Source: Longimicrobiales bacterium
Lineage (GTDB): Bacteria > Gemmatimonadota > Gemmatimonadetes > Longimicrobiales > Gaopeijiaceae
DNA length: 64,000 bases
Assembly (NCBI GenBank): GCA_965238005.1
Contig: OZ250165.1
Span: 1,408,001 to 1,472,000 of the forward strand
Reading direction: 5' to 3'
The notes beneath the pieces are model-generated. The model was given only the letters and a program-made list of their open reading frames with translations, was not told the origin of the DNA and searched no databases. This document shows positions 58,751-64,000 of the stretch, one piece after another (within the stretch, counting starts at the first letter, position 1; each line of letters begins with the position of its first letter). The position numbers and the translations under genes are program-made.

Positions 58751-58927
58751 TGTTCCGTTTCCGAAGTTCGCGAGCCACCAAGAGGCCGAGGCGCCGTGGG
58801 ATCAAGGCGGGAACACTCGGCGTAGCGCAAGCGGGCACCGCGCGAAGCATGGGCGCAAGGAGCTCCAACGCCGAGCCCACGGATGCACCGTGCCCTCGAC
58901 TGGCCGAGACACTTTGCTAACGGGACA
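58751..58927. mobile_element. MITE-like element family A, copy 5 (177 bp, opposite orientation)
   Basis: Reverse complement of copies 1-3. Flanked by CTAG 58747-58750 (rpsO stop) and CTAG 58928-58931. Confidence 0.92.
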
Positions 58928-59192
58928 CTAGAGGCCTGTTGAAGAAGTGGGGATGACGGACACGAAACAGCGACCGCACAGGTCGGTCGCCGTTTCGGCT
59001 TAGGACAGCAGGACCCCTGGAGAATCGGCCCAACCAAATGGCTGCAATCGGTCGGGGCACGCCGTGCCCTGCATTGCGGCGGTCGATCTCTCTTAGGAGC
59101 CTGCTCGCTCGACCCGGTCGGGAAGGCCCCGACGGGCGAAACGAAGTGGGACGGGGTGGTCCCGTTCGACTGAAAGCAGAAAAAAGAGAGAG

Positions 59193-61349
59193 ATGATCCA
59201 GAGAATCGAACGCCAGTTCGCGGGGCGGACTCTGAGCCTCGAGTTTGGGCGGATGGCCAAGCTCGCGCAGGGCTCCTGCCTCGTACAGTTTGGTGACACC
59301 GTGGTGCTTTGCGCCGCCACGGTCCAAGACAAATCCACCCACCTACCGTTTTTCCCCCTGACCATCGAGTACAGGGAAAAGAGCTACGCAGCCGGGAAGA
59401 TCCCCGGCGGCTTCTTCAAGCGGGAGGGACGCCCAGGAGAGAACGAGGTCCTCGCGGCGCGCCTCACCGACCGTCCGCTCAGGCCCCTGTTCCCTTCGGG
59501 ATTCATGCACGAGACCCAGGTCGCGTGTTTCATCCTGAGCGCCGACCAGGAAAACTCGGCGGATGTGCTGGCCCTGCTCGGAGCCTCGGTGGCCTTGAAC
59601 ATGTCCAAGATTCCGTTCAACACGTTGGTCGCTTCCGTGCGCATCGGGCGCATTCGGGACACATGGGTGCTGAACCCCACGTTCCAGCAGCTCGAGTATT
59701 CGGACGTGGACGTCGTGGTAGCCGGGAGGGAGGACGCCCTCCTCATGGTCGAAGGAGGTGCGGTCGAGGTTCCGGAGGCCGAGATCCTCGAGGGACTCGA
59801 GATCGCCCACCAGGGCATCAGGGAGCTCATCGATATCCAGAAGGAGCTCCTGGAGGGCCACAGGGTCCCCGACATGGAGTGGTCCTCCGTCGAGCCGGAG
59901 CAGGTCCTGGCCGACCGGGTGACCGAGATGGCGGAGAGCCGCATCGAGGAGGCGCTGACGCTCTCGGACAAGGGCGAGCGCAATCAGGCCATGGCGGCCG
60001 TGGCCGAGGATGTGATCGGGCGACTGGTCGAAGAGGACGAGGCATACTCCGAGCACGAGAAGTCCATCAAGGAGGTGCTCCGCGGCATCGAGAAGAAGTC
60101 GATGCGAAGGCGCATTCTGGAGCAGGGCGAGCGCGCCGACGGGCGAGGCCTCGAAGAGGTCCGCTCCATCACGTCCGAGGTGGGAGTCCTACCCCGAACC
60201 CACGGCTCCGCGCTCTTCACCCGGGGTCAGACGCAGGCCCTCGTCGTGACGACTCTCGGCACGTCCCGGGACGAGCAGCGCATCGACTCCATCGACACGG
60301 CCGAAGAGGTCACCAAGTCGTTCATGCTGCACTACAACTTCCCGCCCTTCTCCGTGGGCGAGGCGAGGCCCTTCCGAGGAACGTCGAGGCGTGAGCAGGG
60401 TCACGGGGCCCTGGCCGAGCGGGCCATCCGTCCGCTGCTTCCGGCCTACGACGACTTCCCGTACACGATTCGAATCGTCTCCGATATCCTCGAGTCGAAT
60501 GGGTCGTCTTCGATGGCTTCCGTCTGCGGCGCCTCGCTGGCGCTCATGGACGCGGGCGCGCCCATCAAGGCCGCGTGTGCGGGTGTTGCCATGGGCCTGA
60601 TCAAGGAGGGCGACGATGTCGCCATCCTGACGGACATCCTGGGGATCGAAGACGCCCTGGGGGACATGGACTTCAAGGTCGCGGGCACGCGTGACGGGGT
60701 CACGTCCATCCAGATGGACATCAAGATCGACGGGCTCACCCAAGAGATCCTCAAGACCGCCCTCGAGCGGGCGCACGTTGGCCGCATGCATATCCTCGAC
60801 ATCATGGATCAGGCGTTGGCCGAGCCGCGGAGCGACCTCTCTCAGTACGCGCCACGCATCGTGTCGATCCAGATCAACCCCTCGAAGATTGGCGACATCA
60901 TCGGACCGAAGGGGAAAACCATCCGGGCCATACAGGAGGAGTCCGGGGCGAAGATCGACATCGACGACACGGGTCTGGTCAAGATCGCGGCCGTATCCGG
61001 AGAGGCCGGGGCGAGAGCTCGCGAGATGATCGAGGCAATCGTCCAGGAGCCCGACGTCGGCAGGATCTACGAGGGCCCGGTGAAGAACACAACTTCGTTC
61101 GGTGCCTTCATCGAGATCCTCCCCGGCGTGGAAGGTCTGTGCCACATCTCCGAGCTCGAAGACCGGAGGGTGGAGAAGACCGAGGACGTTCTGAAGGTGG
61201 GAGAAATCACGCGTGTGAAGCTCCTCTCCATCGATGAGAAGGGTCGCCTCCGTCTGTCCCGGAAGGCCGCCATGGCCGAGGACGCCCTCGGGGCGTCCAA
61301 GGACGCCGAGCCCAGCGAGGACCGGGAGGTCGAGGAGGCACTGAGCTGA
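59193..61349 (+). CDS. pnp: Polyribonucleotide nucleotidyltransferase (PNPase)
   Basis: AAGKIPGGFFKREG, HGSALFTRGQTQ, ESNGSSSMASVC, GDMDFKVAG, plus KH and S1 domains. Confidence 0.98.
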   Translation: MIQRIERQFAGRTLSLEFGRMAKLAQGSCLVQFGDTVVLCAATVQDKSTHLPFFPLTIEYREKSYAAGKIPGGFFKREGRPGENEVLAARLTDRPLRPLFPSGFMHETQVACFILSADQENSADVLALLGASVALNMSKIPFNTLVASVRIGRIRDTWVLNPTFQQLEYSDVDVVVAGREDALLMVEGGAVEVPEAEILEGLEIAHQGIRELIDIQKELLEGHRVPDMEWSSVEPEQVLADRVTEMAESRIEEALTLSDKGERNQAMAAVAEDVIGRLVEEDEAYSEHEKSIKEVLRGIEKKSMRRRILEQGERADGRGLEEVRSITSEVGVLPRTHGSALFTRGQTQALVVTTLGTSRDEQRIDSIDTAEEVTKSFMLHYNFPPFSVGEARPFRGTSRREQGHGALAERAIRPLLPAYDDFPYTIRIVSDILESNGSSSMASVCGASLALMDAGAPIKAACAGVAMGLIKEGDDVAILTDILGIEDALGDMDFKVAGTRDGVTSIQMDIKIDGLTQEILKTALERAHVGRMHILDIMDQALAEPRSDLSQYAPRIVSIQINPSKIGDIIGPKGKTIRAIQEESGAKIDIDDTGLVKIAAVSGEAGARAREMIEAIVQEPDVGRIYEGPVKNTTSFGAFIEILPGVEGLCHISELEDRRVEKTEDVLKVGEITRVKLLSIDEKGRLRLSRKAAMAEDALGASKDAEPSEDREVEEALS

Positions 61350-61436
61350 CCGACCATCGCTCGGTAGTACTCCCAGGGGGGTGTGGGCCGTGGGCCCATG
61401 CCCCCCTGGACCTTTAGCGGGAGGTGTCCCACACCC

Positions 61437-62654
61437 ATGCGTGAGACCCGCCTCGACAACGGAGTACGCCTCGTAACGGAGCGCATTCCCGGAGTGCGCT
61501 CCGTCACCGCAGGCGTGTGGCTGAAGCATGGCTCGGCCCATGAGTCGTCGAGCGTTCTGGGGATCAGCCACCTTCTGGAGCACCTCGTGTTCAAGGGCAC
61601 CGAGCGACGCAGCGCGCACGAGATCGCTCTTTCACTGGAGTCGCTGGGGGGCGCGCTGGACGCCTACACGAACCGGGAGCACACCAGCTATCAGGCCCGG
61701 GTCCTGGACGAGCATCTGCCAGAGGCATTCGACGTGCTTGCGGATCTCGTGCTGCACCCGCGCCTCGACCCGATGGACCTGGAGCTGGAACGCGGGGTGG
61801 TGTTGGAGGAGATCGCCAGCGTGGAGGACACGCCCGACGACCTGATCTTCGATCTGTACGGCGTACGCTTCTGGAACGGGCACCCCTATGGCCAGGCGAT
61901 CCTCGGCACCCGCGAGACCGTAAATGCCCTCGAAATCGAGGATGTGCGTAGGCTCCACGCCGACGAATATCGAGGGGGCAACATCGTGGTGGCCTGCGCG
62001 GGAAACGTCGAGCACGAGGTCGTCGCCGATCACGTAGCCCGGCTCTTCGGGCCGGCTCCCGCGGGAGATCCCTGTCCGGAGATCGACCCGCCGAGCGGAA
62101 ACGCAACGGGACGCGACACAGTGCTTCGCGATACCACCCAGGCTCATCTGGTCGTCGGCAACCGAACACCGCCCTACACGGATCCGGTGCGCGAGGCGCT
62201 GATCCTCATCTCGGGCGCGTTCGGAGGGGGCATGAGCTCCCGGCTCTTCCAGCGAATTCGAGAGGAGATGGCCTTGGCCTACTCGGTCTTCGCGTACCAG
62301 TCGTTCTATAGCCTGGCCGGCAGCGCCGGCGTATATGTCGGTACCCGGCCGGAGGCCCTGGAACAGGCCCTTGACGCCATTCTGGCGGAGTATCGTCTGC
62401 TTCATGGAGAGGGCCTCACGGCGCTGGAACTGGAACGGGCCAAGAATCAAGGAAAGGGGCATATGATCCTCTCCATGGAGTCCACCGGAGCTCGGCTTCT
62501 GCGCCTGGCGGGCTTCGCCCTGCGGGGGGAGCCCTACCAGGAGCTGGACGAGTCGTTGGCCCGAGTCGATGCCGTCACTCTGGACGAGGTGAACGAGGCG
62601 TGCGCCCGGTTCTTCGACCCGGAAGACCAATACGTTCTGAGCCTGGGTCCGTGA
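61437..62654 (+). CDS. M16-family (pitrilysin) peptidase
   Basis: Inverted zincin HLLEH, FKGT, GGGMSSRLFQRIRE..LAYSV. Confidence 0.93.
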   Translation: MRETRLDNGVRLVTERIPGVRSVTAGVWLKHGSAHESSSVLGISHLLEHLVFKGTERRSAHEIALSLESLGGALDAYTNREHTSYQARVLDEHLPEAFDVLADLVLHPRLDPMDLELERGVVLEEIASVEDTPDDLIFDLYGVRFWNGHPYGQAILGTRETVNALEIEDVRRLHADEYRGGNIVVACAGNVEHEVVADHVARLFGPAPAGDPCPEIDPPSGNATGRDTVLRDTTQAHLVVGNRTPPYTDPVREALILISGAFGGGMSSRLFQRIREEMALAYSVFAYQSFYSLAGSAGVYVGTRPEALEQALDAILAEYRLLHGEGLTALELERAKNQGKGHMILSMESTGARLLRLAGFALRGEPYQELDESLARVDAVTLDEVNEACARFFDPEDQYVLSLGP

Positions 62655-62730
62655 GGTCGCCTCCGCTGGGCTGATTCAGTAGCTTTTGTGGCCGACAAAA
62701 CCCGAAAACATCACACCAACCCCATATGTC

Positions 62731-63861
62731 ATGCTGATCGGAATACCGAAGGAAATAAAGCGCGAGGAGTACCGTGTGGCCCTGACGCCGGCAGGTGCCG
62801 AAGCGTTGACGCACGCGGGCCACCAGGTCTTGCTGGAGGCCGGTGCAGGCCAGGGGAGCGGCTTCACCGACGACTTCTATGCGGCTGCCGGGGCCGAGCT
62901 GGTGCCCACCTCGGACGAGGTATGGGCCAGGGCCGAGATGATCATGAAGGTCAAGGAGCCCATCGAGCAGGAGTGGGGGAACATCCGGCCTGATCAGGTT
63001 CTCTTCACCTACTTCCATTTTGCGTCTTCCAAAGAGCTGACGCGGGCGCTCATCGCCTCCAAGGCCGTCGCTATCGCCTACGAGACGGTGGAGCTGCCCA
63101 GCGGTGAGCTGCCCCTTCTGACCCCCATGAGCGAGGTCGCGGGTCGCATGGCCGTACAGGAGGGCGCCAAGTACCTCGAGCGCCACTCGGGTGGCGCGGG
63201 CGTCCTCCTGGGCGGAGTGCCCGGAGTGCTACCCGGCAAGGTCGTCATCCTCGGGGGCGGCATCGTCGGAACCCACGCAGCGCTGATGGCTGCGGGCCTG
63301 GGTGCCCGGGTGGCGATCCTGGACGTATCCCTCGCTCGCCTCCGTCACCTCGAAGGCATCATGCCGGCCAACGTGAATCTGCTCTACTCCACCCGCTATG
63401 CCATCCGGAAGCAGATCGAGGACGCCGACCTGGTGGTGGGTGCGGTGCTACTCCATGGGGCCAAGGCGCCCAGCCTCATCCTCGAGGACGATCTGAAGGC
63501 CATGAAGCCGGGATCGGTGATCGTTGACGTGGCCGTGGACCAGGGCGGCTGCGTGGAGACGATTCGTCCCACCACACACGACGACCCGATCTACAGGGTC
63601 CACGACGTCATCCACTATGGTGTCGCCAACATGCCGGGCGGGGTGCCGAGAACGAGCACGCTCGCTCTGACCAACGCCACACTGCCCTATGCCATCACGC
63701 TCGCGACCAAGGGCTGGCGGGTGGCCTGCCTGGACGACCCAGCGCTGGCGTTGGGCGTGAACATCGTGGACGGGAACGTCACCTACGCCGGGGTCGCCGA
63801 GGCCTTCGGGCTGGAGTGTGTGAACGTGGAGCACCTCCTCCACCCGGCCCCACAGGTCTGA
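62731..63861 (+). CDS. ald: Alanine dehydrogenase
   Basis: IGIPKEIK..EYRVALTP, PMSEVAGR, DVAVDQGGC, YGVANMPG. Confidence 0.96.
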   Translation: MLIGIPKEIKREEYRVALTPAGAEALTHAGHQVLLEAGAGQGSGFTDDFYAAAGAELVPTSDEVWARAEMIMKVKEPIEQEWGNIRPDQVLFTYFHFASSKELTRALIASKAVAIAYETVELPSGELPLLTPMSEVAGRMAVQEGAKYLERHSGGAGVLLGGVPGVLPGKVVILGGGIVGTHAALMAAGLGARVAILDVSLARLRHLEGIMPANVNLLYSTRYAIRKQIEDADLVVGAVLLHGAKAPSLILEDDLKAMKPGSVIVDVAVDQGGCVETIRPTTHDDPIYRVHDVIHYGVANMPGGVPRTSTLALTNATLPYAITLATKGWRVACLDDPALALGVNIVDGNVTYAGVAEAFGLECVNVEHLLHPAPQV

Positions 63862-63866
63862 CGCCG

Positions 63867-64000
63867 TTGAGCGACCTCGTACGCTTCGTGCGCCTCCCGA
63901 GCAATCCGGATCTTCCGTTGCCGGCCCGCGCAACGGAGCTGGCCGCCGGGTACGATGTCCGCTCGGCCGAAGAAGACTTCGTGCTCGAGCCGCGGGAGAT
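63867..64000 (+). CDS. dut: dUTP diphosphatase, 3'-truncated by window edge
   Basis: Own translation (M)SDLVRFVRLPSNPDLPLPARATELAAGYDVRS; matches dUTPase motif 1 (AGxD). Confidence 0.8.
   Translation, partial: MSDLVRFVRLPSNPDLPLPARATELAAGYDVRSAEEDFVLEPRE

Noticed and set aside
60189..61619. Long antisense ORFs over pnp and other core genes (e.g. 5189..6499, 23914..25185, 43670..44794)
   Set aside because: Typical antisense or alternative frames of high-GC coding DNA; no domains.
1..64000. tRNA, rRNA, prophage or defence systems
   Set aside because: No cloverleaf or T-loop motif in intergenic DNA, and no phage, cas or restriction genes recognised by eye.

Overview
GC-rich bacterial chromosome segment made mostly of housekeeping genes. 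My inference from gene content and order is an FCB-group organism, probably Gemmatimonadota; this is not database-confirmed. It contains pntAB, comM, a cobalamin riboswitch-btuB-btuG-like locus, lepB, a short sigma70, rplM-rpsI-rpsB-tsf-pyrH-frr-uppS-cdsA-dxr-rseP, serS, uvrD/pcrA, gatCAB, murA, rimP-nusA-ylxQ-infB-rbfA-truB-ribF-rpsO-pnp, ald and the start of dut. I found no rRNA, tRNA or CRISPR array. The unusual layer is a set of mobile elements that all use (C)TAG sites. A ~178-bp structured MITE-like family has 5 copies, each exactly at the TAG stop codon of a host gene. Two near-identical, inverted IS1182 copies are present: one sits between the SD and ATG of the sigma70 gene, and one is stacked with a MITE on the uppS stop. 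Several relic element ends also sit at YTAG sites. Local gene decay is visible: an amidase pseudogene, a PTS-IIA/antiporter deletion, and a comM ATT start.
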